Below the pieces are notes generated by a model, which saw only the letters and a program-made list of their open reading frames with translations, was not told the origin of the DNA and searched no databases. This document shows, in pieces, positions 1 to 12,567 of a stretch of DNA of 64,000 bases. Within the stretch, counting starts at the first letter, position 1; each line of letters begins with the position of its first letter. The DNA comes from Parachlamydiales bacterium (GTDB lineage Bacteria; Chlamydiota; Chlamydiia; Chlamydiales; SM23-39). The translations under genes were made by a program, and so were the position numbers. The stretch is from positions 32,194 through 96,193 of the forward strand of contig JACVQJ010000004.1 of the NCBI GenBank assembly GCA_015661075.1. Direction: 5' to 3'.

Positions 1-55
1 GCAAACTCTGCAAGGCAATCTCTTTAGCACTCCATAACAAACCCGATCGATCCAG

Positions 56-1129
56 ATGGCAGAAAAAACCGAAAAGGCGACCCCGAAAAAACTGCGCGAT
101 GCCCGAAAAAAAGGACAAGTCGCTAAATCGCAGGATTTTTCGTCGGCATTCACCTTCATCACCTCGATGGGCGCCACGATCATGGCCGCCGGGTTTTTAT
201 ACAACCAGATCGCCACATTCACGCTCACCATGTTCCGATCTATCGGAAACACCGGGGATTTTGAGAGCCGTGCGCCGGGCTATTTATTCCACACGATTCA
301 GACGATCCTCATCACAAGCCTTCCCATCGTGGTTATTGTCGCGATCGTGGGCGTCGTCGCCAACTTTTTCGTCGTGGGCCCTACTTTTTCATTCGAGGCG
401 ATGAAATTCGATCTGAAAAAACTCAATCCCATTGAGGGAATCAAGCAAAAATTTAAACTGAAAACTCTCGTCGAGCTCATCAAATCGATCCTGAAAATCA
501 CGGGCGCCGCTATCATTATTTATTTCATCATCTGGAATGCGCTGCCGCAAATCATCTCGACCGTAGCCATGCCGCCCGCCGCCAGCTCGAAGGTCGTCCG
601 CGACTTTTTAATCAATGCTACGATCCAGGTTGGGATTTTCTTTGTCTTGATCGCCCTGTTCGACCTTTTTTTCCAGCGCCAGCAGTTTGCCAAAGAAATG
701 AAAATGGAAAAGTTCGAGGTCCGCCAGGAATATAAGGATACGGAAGGCGATCCGATGATCAAAGGCAAACGGCGTGAAATGTTTCGCGAGATCGCCTATC
801 AGGAAGGCCCGCGGGCCGCCCGGCGGGCCCGGGCCATCATTACCAACCCCACTCACATCGCCGTGGCCCTCAAATATGACCCCGCCGAAGAGCCCGCTCC
901 TATCATTTTAACCATGGGGGTCGGCTATCTCGCCGATCAGATTATAAAAATCGGACTCGAAAACAAAATACCAATCATGCGAAATGTAGAATTAGCGAGG
1001 AACCTGTACACGAATGGGGCAATTTCGCAATATATACCTGAGGACACATACGATGCCGTGGCTGAAATTTTGAAGTGGATTCAGTCCCTCGAAGAAAACC
1101 CTGACATAAATAGCGAGCTGATCACTTGA
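56..1129 (+). CDS. sctU: T3SS export apparatus switch protein SctU/CdsU (YscU/FlhB family)
   Basis: N-terminal EKTEKATPKKLRDARKKGQV, NPTH autocleavage motif, directly upstream of sctV. Confidence 0.96.
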   Translation: MAEKTEKATPKKLRDARKKGQVAKSQDFSSAFTFITSMGATIMAAGFLYNQIATFTLTMFRSIGNTGDFESRAPGYLFHTIQTILITSLPIVVIVAIVGVVANFFVVGPTFSFEAMKFDLKKLNPIEGIKQKFKLKTLVELIKSILKITGAAIIIYFIIWNALPQIISTVAMPPAASSKVVRDFLINATIQVGIFFVLIALFDLFFQRQQFAKEMKMEKFEVRQEYKDTEGDPMIKGKRREMFREIAYQEGPRAARRARAIITNPTHIAVALKYDPAEEPAPIILTMGVGYLADQIIKIGLENKIPIMRNVELARNLYTNGAISQYIPEDTYDAVAEILKWIQSLEENPDINSELIT

Positions 1130-3252
1130 AAAAGTTTGTTGAAAACATCACAAGGCTGCTGGGCGGCGAAAGAGCGCTGTCATCGATTGCCCGATCCAGC
1201 GATATGTTGTTAGCTGTCGTCATTATCGCGATCATCATGATGCTGATCGTGCCTCTTCGCCCGGCTGTCATCGACGTGCTGATTTCGCTCAATTTGACCA
1301 TTTCCATCATCCTGATCTTCGTCGCCATCTATATTCAAAAAGCCGTTCAGCTCTCAATTTTTCCCTCGCTGCTATTGTTGACCACTCTGTATCGATTGGG
1401 CATCAGCATCGCGTCGACCAAACAGATTTTGCTGCACGCCAACGCGGGACACATTATCTTTGCGTTCGGCAACTTCGTCGTCGGCGGCAACTTCGTCGTC
1501 GGCGGCGTCGTGTTCCTGATTATCACGATTGTACAGTTCATCGTCGTCACCAAGGGCGCCGAGCGCGTCGCCGAGGTGGCGGCCCGATTCACACTGGACG
1601 CCATGCCCGGCAAGCAGATGAGCATCGACGCCGACCTGCGCTCGGGTGTGATTGATACGGCCCAAGCCCGCGAGCTCAGATTGGGCCTGACCAAGGAAAG
1701 CCAACTATACGGCGCCATGGACGGCGCCATGAAGTTCGTCAAGGGCGATGCGATCGCGACCATCATCATCGCGCTGATCAACATCGTCGGCGGCCTCATC
1801 ATTGGGGTCACGATGCACGGCTTTTCTCTGGGCCAATCGGCCCAGATTTATACCCTGCTGTCCATCGGCGACGGTCTGGTCTCCCAGATCCCCTCTCTCA
1901 TGATCGCCATCACCGCCGGTATCGTCACCACCCGCGTATCATCGGAGAAAAAAGACGCGCACTTGGGAAAAGAGATCTCCGAACAGATCCTCCGCCAGCC
2001 CAAAGCGCTGATGATTGGCGGCGCCGTTCTTCTATTGATGGTTTTTGTACCGGGCTTTCCGAAAATTCCATTTTTGGTCTTGTCGGCGGTGGTCAGCGCT
2101 GTGGGCTACATGATCTGGGCCAATTCGAAGAAAGTCGCAGCCAAAGCGGCAGCTGGCATCGGCGTTACGGAAACCGAGGTCGAAGGGCATGCCGTCGTGC
2201 GCGGCGGGGCGGATGATTACGCCCTGACTCTTCCCGTTGTATTAGAGCTGGGCGCCAATCTTTCCCAGATCATTAAAAGGGACAAGCAGGGCCTGACTTT
2301 CATCGACCAGATGATTCCCAAAATGCGCCATGCCCTCTATCAGGATTTAGGCGTGCGATTTCCCGGCGTCCACGTCCGTACCGACTCGCCGACTCTGGAA
2401 AAAGACGAGTACTCCATCCTGTTGAATGAAGTTCCGATCGTGCGCGGCAAAATTTTGCCCAAACACCTCCTCACGAATGAAACGGAAGAGACGCTGCGCC
2501 GATTCAATCTCCCCTTCGTCCCGACGAAGATTTCATTGGGCATGCCAGGACTATGGGTCGAAGATAAATACGTAGATATTTTGAAAAAAGCGGGCATTCG
2601 CTATTGGACCGGCCCGGACATGCTCATCTTGCATTTGTCGCGCTTCTTCCGCCAATACGCGAGCGAATTCATGGGCATCCAGGAAGTGCGCGGCATCCTC
2701 GAATTCGTGGAGCGCTCCTTCCCCGACCTGATCAAGGAAGTCACGCGTCTGGTGCCTTTGCAAAAACTCACCGAAATCCTCAAACGGCTGATTCAGGAGC
2801 AGATTTCCATCAAGGACCTGCGTACGATCCTGGAAGCTCTCAGCGAATGGGCCCAGACCGAAAAAGACACCGTGCTGCTGACCGAGTACGTCCGTTCGTC
2901 GCTGCGCCGCTATATCAGTTATAAATATTCGCTCGGACAGCCCGTTCTTTCCGTCTATCTGCTCGATCCTGAAATCGAAGACATGGTGCGTGGATCCATC
3001 AAGCAGACCTCGGCCGGATCCTATCTGGCCCTCGACCCCGACTCGATCCAGCTCATTTTGCACTCGATGCGCCACATCATTCAACCCTCCCCGCCCGGCG
3101 GCCAGCCGCCTGTACTGCTCACAGCCATTGACGTGCGCCGCTTTGTCCGCAAGCTGATCGAAGGCGAGTTCCCCGACCTGTCCGTCGTCTCCTTCCAGGA
3201 AATCGTCCCTGAAATCCGCATTCAGCCTTTGGGTAGAGTGCAGCTGACATAG
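1126..3252 (+). CDS. sctV: T3SS export gate SctV/CdsV (LcrD/FlhA family)
   Basis: FHIPEP motif RVAEVAARFTLDAMPGKQMSIDADL; GAMDGAMKFVKGD; TTG start overlaps the sctU stop. Confidence 0.97.
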   Translation: MKKFVENITRLLGGERALSSIARSSDMLLAVVIIAIIMMLIVPLRPAVIDVLISLNLTISIILIFVAIYIQKAVQLSIFPSLLLLTTLYRLGISIASTKQILLHANAGHIIFAFGNFVVGGNFVVGGVVFLIITIVQFIVVTKGAERVAEVAARFTLDAMPGKQMSIDADLRSGVIDTAQARELRLGLTKESQLYGAMDGAMKFVKGDAIATIIIALINIVGGLIIGVTMHGFSLGQSAQIYTLLSIGDGLVSQIPSLMIAITAGIVTTRVSSEKKDAHLGKEISEQILRQPKALMIGGAVLLLMVFVPGFPKIPFLVLSAVVSAVGYMIWANSKKVAAKAAAGIGVTETEVEGHAVVRGGADDYALTLPVVLELGANLSQIIKRDKQGLTFIDQMIPKMRHALYQDLGVRFPGVHVRTDSPTLEKDEYSILLNEVPIVRGKILPKHLLTNETEETLRRFNLPFVPTKISLGMPGLWVEDKYVDILKKAGIRYWTGPDMLILHLSRFFRQYASEFMGIQEVRGILEFVERSFPDLIKEVTRLVPLQKLTEILKRLIQEQISIKDLRTILEALSEWAQTEKDTVLLTEYVRSSLRRYISYKYSLGQPVLSVYLLDPEIEDMVRGSIKQTSAGSYLALDPDSIQLILHSMRHIIQPSPPGGQPPVLLTAIDVRRFVRKLIEGEFPDLSVVSFQEIVPEIRIQPLGRVQLT

Positions 3253-3263
3253 GATAGCTCAAT

Positions 3264-4454
3264 ATGGCCGATCCCCGAGTCACCGGTGCATCTCCTGTCA
3301 ATGCACTATCCTCGCAAATGCTGCAAAAGGCGGCGGAACAAGAAGAGCTCCAGCAGATTGCCAGCACCGAGGATCTCGAACAGTGGTGCGATCTCGAGGC
3401 ATTTAATCCGATGGCGATGATGCGCCGTTTCCGCCCTTTGGATGATTTCAAAGACATCAAACACGAAGAATCACTCGAAGAACAAGAGCGCATCGAAGAA
3501 TCAGAAAAAGTCACGGATGTCGAAAAAGTCGACGAGGCTGCGGCCCGCTTCCACCGCAACAATTACGAGCTGCAGGCCAAAAGCCTTCTCATATTGCGCT
3601 CGCGCATCACGGCCGAGGATACTCCGGATGAGGTCATCAGCAAAGTCTTGCAGGCCTATGCCGATCCGGCCCTCGCCGACGAAGCGATGGACTTCCTCAT
3701 CGAGACATCCAACGCAAAGACAGCCGCTGTCATCCGCCTCGCCAAAGAACAGCTGAATGCCCGCTTTAGCACTGAAATCAAAGCCGGGCGCAACATGGGC
3801 GCGCAGGCCCGCGAGTTTTCGAAGGAAGGTCTCGGCTCGCCAACGTCATTGCGCGATATGTACCGCGACATTACCCTCAACAAGCGCGATCCCCTCGTTC
3901 TATTCACTGAACTGTCCGACAAATTTCCCTACGAAAAACTCAAAACGGCGATCAATTTCCTTCTCCACTCTTTTGGCGCCGACCTTCGCTCGAAGGGGCC
4001 GTCGATCACCCGCCCTGAACTGATCCGCCTGGTCGATGAAACCCGCTCGCTGCAAGGCATCCTCGGCATTTACCGGTTCTTCCAGAGCCGCATGGGGCTG
4101 ATCCAGCGCCAATTTTCCAACTATGACGTCGCATATCCCAGCCGATTGCAATTTGAGGTTTTAGCCAAACAGTTCGTCAAGTTTTTGGCCGAGCGCTTCA
4201 TGGCGCCCGAAAAAATCCTGCAATCCGCGCGGCTTCTCGGCATCTCGGAAGAAGCGATCGCGCAAATCATCATCTTTACTCAGATGCGCGAAGCCCTCAA
4301 GCAGATCTCCCCCCGCTATTACCGCACTCCTAAACAGCGAGATGAGCTCTTCCAGGCATTCGTCGCCGCTTTGGATAGTTTAGAAGACCTAGTCGAAGAA
4401 GAAGAGCAGGAAGAAAAAGAAAGCAAAGATCAAAAGAAAAAGAAAAAACAATGA
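3264..4454 (+). CDS. copN: T3SS gatekeeper CopN (SctW/LcrE)
   Basis: Position after cdsV; HrpJ-like helical protein (ADPALADEAMDFL, LRDMYRDIT); chlamydial gene order. Confidence 0.88.
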   Translation: MADPRVTGASPVNALSSQMLQKAAEQEELQQIASTEDLEQWCDLEAFNPMAMMRRFRPLDDFKDIKHEESLEEQERIEESEKVTDVEKVDEAAARFHRNNYELQAKSLLILRSRITAEDTPDEVISKVLQAYADPALADEAMDFLIETSNAKTAAVIRLAKEQLNARFSTEIKAGRNMGAQAREFSKEGLGSPTSLRDMYRDITLNKRDPLVLFTELSDKFPYEKLKTAINFLLHSFGADLRSKGPSITRPELIRLVDETRSLQGILGIYRFFQSRMGLIQRQFSNYDVAYPSRLQFEVLAKQFVKFLAERFMAPEKILQSARLLGISEEAIAQIIIFTQMREALKQISPRYYRTPKQRDELFQAFVAALDSLEDLVEEEEQEEKESKDQKKKKKQ

Positions 4455-4909
4455 CGACGGATCCCTTTGAACTTTTGATCCAGCAGCTCGGATCTGCCTT
4501 GAATGTGCCCTTGCACGTGGATCACAATTACGCCTGCGCCATCAAGGTTCACAATCAGCTGACGATCCAGTTGCAAATCGATGCCGCCCAGGAAAATGTG
4601 CTCATCGCCTCGCTCATTTGCGAAGTGCCGCCGGGAAAATTTCGTGAAAACGTCCTTTGCGAGGCTCTAAAGGCCAATCATCTTCCCGATCCGCGAACGG
4701 GCATCCTGGGCTTTTTGCTGATCAACAACCGGCTGACTTTACACCAGCGCTACCCCTTCGCCATCCTCGACGGCGAGAAGCTCGCTCAATATGTCGCCGG
4801 TTTTATTGATTATGCAGAACTATGGCGCGCAGCCATCGAAAGCGGGCTATGGAGTCCTGCGCCGATCCGTCCCAGCGCAAGCGCCTCTCCTTTCGGAATG
4901 AAGAGATAA
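4451..4909 (+). CDS. scc1: T3SS class I chaperone Scc1 (CesT/SycE family)
   Basis: 152 aa, PPGKFRENVLCEALKAN motif, between copN and malQ. Confidence 0.85.
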   Translation: MTTDPFELLIQQLGSALNVPLHVDHNYACAIKVHNQLTIQLQIDAAQENVLIASLICEVPPGKFRENVLCEALKANHLPDPRTGILGFLLINNRLTLHQRYPFAILDGEKLAQYVAGFIDYAELWRAAIESGLWSPAPIRPSASASPFGMKR

Positions 4910-4915
4910 CAATTA

Positions 4916-6463
4916 ATGGAATCCGTCGCCTCATATCTGGACAAGACTCTGACCGCTTCCCACTGGAAGCGCATCGGTGTGCGGCCGCATCACGGCATCT
5001 GTCTGCCCCTCGCCTCCCTGCGAACCCACAACAGCTGCGGCATCGGCGATTTCGGCGATTTACTGCCGCTGATCGACTGGTGTCAAAGCGTGGGATTCGA
5101 TTGCATTCAACTGCTGCCGCTCAATGATTCCGGCGACGACCCGAGTCCATACAATGCTCTTTCTTCCTGCGCGCTCGATCCGATCTATTTGAATCTGCGA
5201 GACCTGCCCAATGGTTCGGATGATCTGTCCATCTTCGCTCCGATCAAGGATTTGCCACGCCTGCCGCACTTCGAGATCAAGCACCGCAAAATTGAATGGC
5301 TTCATCGCTATTTTGAAAACTCCTTTCATGAACTGAAAACCTCGCCGGATTATCAGGCGTTTTGCCAGCAAAATCCCTGGCTGTCTTCCTACGCCCTGTT
5401 CAAAGCGTGCAAAGATGAGTACGGCGGCAAGCACTGGGAAGAGTGGCCGATCGAAAAGAGATCTCCGACCACCTGCACGGCCAACCAGATCGCCATCGAT
5501 TTTCACTGCTTTTTGCAGTATTGGGCCTTTCGCCAGATGGAAAAAGCCAAGCGCTATGCCGATGCCAAGGGAATATTCCTCAAAGGCGACATCCCGATTT
5601 TGCTCAGCCCCGACAGCGCTGATGTCTGGGCGAATCGCTCGTTATTCAATATGCGCTATTCAGCGGGCGCCCCTCCTGACTACTATGCCCGGCTCGGGCA
5701 AAAATGGGGCTTTCCCCTGTTTGAATGGGACGAACACCGCCGAACCGGCTTTGCCTGGTGGAAACAGCGCCTCGCCGTCGCCAGCCGATTTTTTCATCTC
5801 TACCGCATCGATCATGTCGTCGGATTTTTCCGCATCTGGGCGATTCGCCCCTCGGAAAAACCCGCACAGGGCCGCTATTTGCCCGAAGATCCCCATCTTT
5901 GGGGCCAGCAGGGACAAGAGATTCTCGAAATGATGATCCATGCCTCCTCAATGCTGCCCATGGCGGAAGATCTCGGCGCATCCATGCCCCCGATCGTCTT
6001 CCAGACGCTGCGCAATCTGGGCATTTGCGGAACAAAAGTCATGCGATGGGTCGGCCGCGACGATGGCGGATGGCTTTCGATCTCCGAATACGAGCCGATC
6101 AGCCTCACAACGATTTCTACACCCGACTCGGAAACGCTGCAGCTCTGGTGGAAAACGCGGCCCCATGAAGCCGCGCGCCTGGCCGAATACAAACATTGGA
6201 CCTATCAGCCCGATCTCACAATCTGGCAGCGCCAGGAGATCTTGCGCGATGCGCACCATACAACCAGTCTGTTCCACATCAATCTTTTGCAAGAATATCT
6301 GGCCCTCGCTCCATCGCTCGTTGCAGCCAATCCGGAAGACGAGCGCATCAACATCCCCGGCACCCAGCTTCCCACCAATTGGACCTACCGCTTCAAGCCA
6401 ACCCTGGAAGAAATCGCCGGGCATCGGGCATTGGCCGAAGAGATTCGCCATATCCTTCATTGA
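4916..6463 (+). CDS. malQ: 4-alpha-glucanotransferase (GH77)
   Basis: GIGDFGDL, SPYNALSSCALDP, LYRIDHVVGFFRIW, AEDLG motifs. Confidence 0.95.
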   Translation: MESVASYLDKTLTASHWKRIGVRPHHGICLPLASLRTHNSCGIGDFGDLLPLIDWCQSVGFDCIQLLPLNDSGDDPSPYNALSSCALDPIYLNLRDLPNGSDDLSIFAPIKDLPRLPHFEIKHRKIEWLHRYFENSFHELKTSPDYQAFCQQNPWLSSYALFKACKDEYGGKHWEEWPIEKRSPTTCTANQIAIDFHCFLQYWAFRQMEKAKRYADAKGIFLKGDIPILLSPDSADVWANRSLFNMRYSAGAPPDYYARLGQKWGFPLFEWDEHRRTGFAWWKQRLAVASRFFHLYRIDHVVGFFRIWAIRPSEKPAQGRYLPEDPHLWGQQGQEILEMMIHASSMLPMAEDLGASMPPIVFQTLRNLGICGTKVMRWVGRDDGGWLSISEYEPISLTTISTPDSETLQLWWKTRPHEAARLAEYKHWTYQPDLTIWQRQEILRDAHHTTSLFHINLLQEYLALAPSLVAANPEDERINIPGTQLPTNWTYRFKPTLEEIAGHRALAEEIRHILH

Positions 6464-6507
6464 CTCCATTAAAAATCTAAATATGATGGGGTCAAACAGG
6501 AGTTGGG

Positions 6508-8055
6508 ATGCAACGGATCCTTTTTTGCCTTATGTTAGCGACCAACGCTTGGTCCGACGAGGTTCCCGTCCGCAAAGGCGGCTCCCTGCAATCGCTCTAT
6601 ACCAGCCTTGATCCGACATCCGTCGCCCAGCACTTTGCCTTCTATGAGCTCTATCCCGATACGGCTCTCGGCAAACAATCCCTGCGCCACGCCTGGGAAC
6701 TGCTCCACGGCAATCAAAACCCCGAAATCCTCCCCGCCATCGATTTGCAGCCGATCATCTCTTTCGTTAACCGTTTGCCAGATGCGCAAAACGCCCCCCT
6801 GCTCGCCGAGCCGCAGCTAAAAACGATCGAAAAACTCGCCCAGCACCTCAAAAACCGCCCACTCAAAGGTTTTGGAATCTGGGATCTGTTAGCGATCGAA
6901 GCCCTTCCCCTCGAAGAAATTGATCTGGCCCGCGCCCTGTTTCTATCCGAGATGGAGCAGGACAGCGCTGAGGCGCGCCTGAAAGTGCGCAGCTACGAGG
7001 CCCACATCGATCTCATGGCGCTGCAGATCCTCGCACGGCTTCCCGACAATCCGACGCCGCAGCAAAAAATCCGCGTCATCAACGACTATGTTTTTGGAGA
7101 AATGCGCTTCCGCTTCCCGCCCCATTCTCTCTGGGCCAAGGATGTCGACGTCTATACTCTACTGCCCTCTGTATTGGATAGCCGCCGCGGCGTTTGCCTC
7201 GGCGTATCAATCCTCTATCTCTGCCTGTCCCAGCGCCTCGATCTGGCGCTGGAAGCCATCACGCCGCCGGGACACATCTTCGTGCGCCATGTCGATCCTG
7301 AGACAGCCGCCATCACGAACATCGAAACGACAGCGCGCGGGATCGAAATGCCGTCGGAGATGTATCTCGGTCTCGAAACCAGAAAACTGCAAAAACGAAC
7401 CCTGCGCGAAGTAATCGGACTCGCCTTCATGAACCAGGCATCGGTCAGCTGGCACCGCCAGGATTTTACCGCGACAATCCAACTCTACGAAAAGGCCAGG
7501 CGCTTTCTCGATGACGACTATCTACTCAACATGTTTTTGGGATACAACTACATCTTCGCCGGCCGCATCAAAGAGGGAAAAGCCCTGCTCAAAAAAATCG
7601 CAGGCCAGGTACCCGACCATATGATCTCGGCCGACACCGTCTCGGAAGATTATCTGGCAGGAAAAACGGACTCCGACGCCATCCAGGCAATCTATAGCGA
7701 AATCGATGAAAAGCGATCATCAATTCTGGAAAAACAAAAAAAGCTTGAAGAGGTCGCCGCCCGCTGTCCCGCGTTTCGGGCCGGCATTCTGCATTTGGCC
7801 ATCGCCCACCTGCAACTGGGTCGAGAAAAAGAAGCCCTTCCCTGGCTCGAGCGCTATATCGGCCTTTGCCCCGATGATCCCTCGGCCAATTACTATCTCT
7901 CGGCGATCCACTTGCAGCGCTTCAACTACGTGCAAGCCTGGAAATATCTGCACAGGGCCGAAGCAATCGTCGCCTCGAAGGACCACCATCCACGGGCATT
8001 AAAAGATCTGAGATCCGCCCTGCAGCGCTCCTGTCCGGAAACAATAGAAAACTGA
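6508..8055 (+). CDS. Conserved chlamydial transglutaminase-like (SirB1-type) protein with TPRs
   Basis: Signal-peptide-like N-terminus, [12 protein letters not shown] and [10 protein letters not shown] core, C-terminal TPR-like helices. Confidence 0.7.
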   Translation: MQRILFCLMLATNAWSDEVPVRKGGSLQSLYTSLDPTSVAQHFAFYELYPDTALGKQSLRHAWELLHGNQNPEILPAIDLQPIISFVNRLPDAQNAPLLAEPQLKTIEKLAQHLKNRPLKGFGIWDLLAIEALPLEEIDLARALFLSEMEQDSAEARLKVRSYEAHIDLMALQILARLPDNPTPQQKIRVINDYVFGEMRFRFPPHSLWAKDVDVYTLLPSVLDSRRGVCLGVSILYLCLSQRLDLALEAITPPGHIFVRHVDPETAAITNIETTARGIEMPSEMYLGLETRKLQKRTLREVIGLAFMNQASVSWHRQDFTATIQLYEKARRFLDDDYLLNMFLGYNYIFAGRIKEGKALLKKIAGQVPDHMISADTVSEDYLAGKTDSDAIQAIYSEIDEKRSSILEKQKKLEEVAARCPAFRAGILHLAIAHLQLGREKEALPWLERYIGLCPDDPSANYYLSAIHLQRFNYVQAWKYLHRAEAIVASKDHHPRALKDLRSALQRSCPETIEN

Positions 8056-8120
8056 CACAAAATAAATTTCAAATCCTTTATAATTTAAAACAAATTCATT
8101 CATATAATTGGTATATTATT

Positions 8121-10718
<2,598 letters not shown>

Positions 10719-10870
10719 GATGACGATCGAAAATCAGACTTTTAAAAAAGAACTCCTTTGCGACCATTCGCCCAAGAACAAAGTTTTTACCCGGTGTTCT
10801 TTTGAACATTGCGATTTTTCCCGCAGTGATTTAAATGTAGTGTAACGAAAAAAACGTATGTGATTAAACT

Positions 10871-11116
10871 TTAACCCAAGTTCACCAAGCAAAACTCCAA
10901 CAACCTGTGAATTAGAGCATTACAAAACCGCGACTTGAAATTCGACACTACAACTTGACGTATCACATTGAAAATCATCGTGATTTTACAAGGCAGAAAA
11001 AGACCAAAACTACATTGCCAATTTTAAAAATTCAAACATTGATTATTAGCCACTTGCGATCATCAAGCTATGTTTTTTCACTGATTTTCATCCAAAAATC
11101 AGTGAACTCGGGTTAA
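10871..11116. mobile_element. MITE, about 238 bp, CCC...GGG ends flanked by TTAA
   Basis: TTAA-CCCAAGTTCAC (10871-10885) and GTGAACTCGGG-TTAA (11102-11116), one mismatch; non-coding interior. Confidence 0.65.
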
Positions 11117-11341
11117 TGATAGAAACAAAAAAACCGTCGAAGTCAGGAGCAGGGAAACGGTGTATCGGCATCTGAATGTAATTATTAAACACTGATTATA
11201 GGATAGCTATGTGCGCTTTTAAGCACCCACAACGTATTTTAAAAAAAAACACAAGGCGTAATTAAAAATATTGATTTAATTGCATTGTTATGGTATAATT
11301 TTAATTATAAAGTAAAATAAATAACTTAAGGAGTGTTTATT

Positions 11342-11953
11342 ATGAAGACTACAGAGCGCACCACCCCATTTGGCAGCCTAAAGCCTCTTTGCTATGAAAT
11401 GTTCCAGGAGATTCATGGGTATTTAGACCCAAAAGAAGGCTATCAATTGGCATTTTGTATAAATCAGAAAATAATTCAAATGTTTAGCGACCAAGCCGAA
11501 AGAGAACAAAAACTTCTCCTTAAAAAACCGTTTACCGCAATTTTACTGGAGCCAAAAGAACTTTCAGAACATCTACAAACGCTTTCCGAAATCACACTCA
11601 GAGAAATCAAAGGAATTCTCGAAAAATCTCCACTTCAGTTTTATGCATATCTTAATCCAGTTTTGATACAACTTCGAGAAGATCTTATTAAATCCAGGAA
11701 TGATACTTATCGGTTAATGAATATTTCAATGGAAGCTTCACTAACAGAAAATGAGAGTCGCACAATCATCTGGATGATTCAGCCTTCACTCCAGTCTAAA
11801 GACACAAGTCAGCTTGGAATAAGCCGGAGTCAGCTTGCAATAAACCAGAGATGGTACGCTAAAAAGCATCTCTTAGAACGATTTCCTCACGCAACGGATA
11901 TCAAAATCAGCGTGCCAACAACAGCAAAAAAATCATTTTGCACAATTTCGTGA
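11342..11953 (+). CDS. Hypothetical protein (AT-rich)
   Basis: About 200-aa ORF with AGGAG RBS upstream of the ATG at 11342; no recognised motif. Confidence 0.6.
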   Translation: MKTTERTTPFGSLKPLCYEMFQEIHGYLDPKEGYQLAFCINQKIIQMFSDQAEREQKLLLKKPFTAILLEPKELSEHLQTLSEITLREIKGILEKSPLQFYAYLNPVLIQLREDLIKSRNDTYRLMNISMEASLTENESRTIIWMIQPSLQSKDTSQLGISRSQLAINQRWYAKKHLLERFPHATDIKISVPTTAKKSFCTIS

Positions 11954-11999
11954 CGTCTTCACTGACGGCATTGATAGAGCTTTTGAAAATCTCCTCCTT

Positions 12000-12154
12000 T
12001 GAAGAACTCCACCTTGAAAGGAGGAGATTCTTTACTCCGCTTAAGGGTGCGGTGCGGCTAAAGCCACATACCGCGCCAATAAAATAGCTTGCCTAGACCC
12101 TCCCCTATAGGGGAGGGATTGCGACAAGCAGTGCGTTCAAGGTGGAGTTCTTGA
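12000..12154. mobile_element. 149-bp MITE with 16-bp TIRs and TGA target duplication, enclosing a copy of the TTGAA palindromic repeat
   Basis: TGA-AGAACTCCACCTTGAA (12003-12018) ... TTCAAGGTGGAGTTCT (12136-12151)-TGA; interior similar to 50906-51034 in reverse. Confidence 0.75.
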
Positions 12155-12161
12155 AAAATAG

Positions 12162-12186
12162 GCGCCGCCGCAGAATCGGGCGGCGC
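12162..12186 (-). terminator. Rho-independent terminator of the 12193-12486 gene
   Basis: GCGCCGCC/GGCGGCGC stem followed by a T-run on the minus strand. Confidence 0.55.
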
Positions 12187-12192
12187 AAAGGC

Positions 12193-12486
12193 TTAATGAA
12201 ACCAAACCGGATCGTTGAACGCAAACTCGAAGCGCTGCGGCTCACCGATTATCTTGGGATTGGAGGGAGGAAGATACGTTACGTCTACCCTCATTTCGCA
12301 TAAATCGGTAATGACGAGATAGCCGCCTTGGATTTGCCGAATTTCCAGGATCACCTGATTGCCCAATTTTTCAAAGAGGCGCGGATCTCGTTGAATCGCT
12401 GCGATTTCGCGCTGTTTCTCACATTCCGGAGAAAGAATCCCGACATAGGACGCTGCAACCGTGGGTGGAATTTCTTGAAAAAACAT
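12193..12486 (-). CDS. Small hypothetical protein
   Basis: 97-aa ORF with GGAG RBS, followed by a terminator. Confidence 0.5.
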   Translation of the reverse strand: MFFQEIPPTVAASYVGILSPECEKQREIAAIQRDPRLFEKLGNQVILEIRQIQGGYLVITDLCEMRVDVTYLPPSNPKIIGEPQRFEFAFNDPVWFH

Positions 12487-12567
12487 TACCGACTCCTAGT
12501 TAATCGAAATAATTATATCCCAGCTATCTAATCAAATTAACTAAAATAGATTTTATATTGCAAAAAT

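Noticed and set aside
24..50. TTAGCACTC, a CIRCE half-site upstream of sctU
   Set aside because: The second arm (GAGTGCTAA after 9 nt) is absent, and no CIRCE is seen upstream of clpB either.
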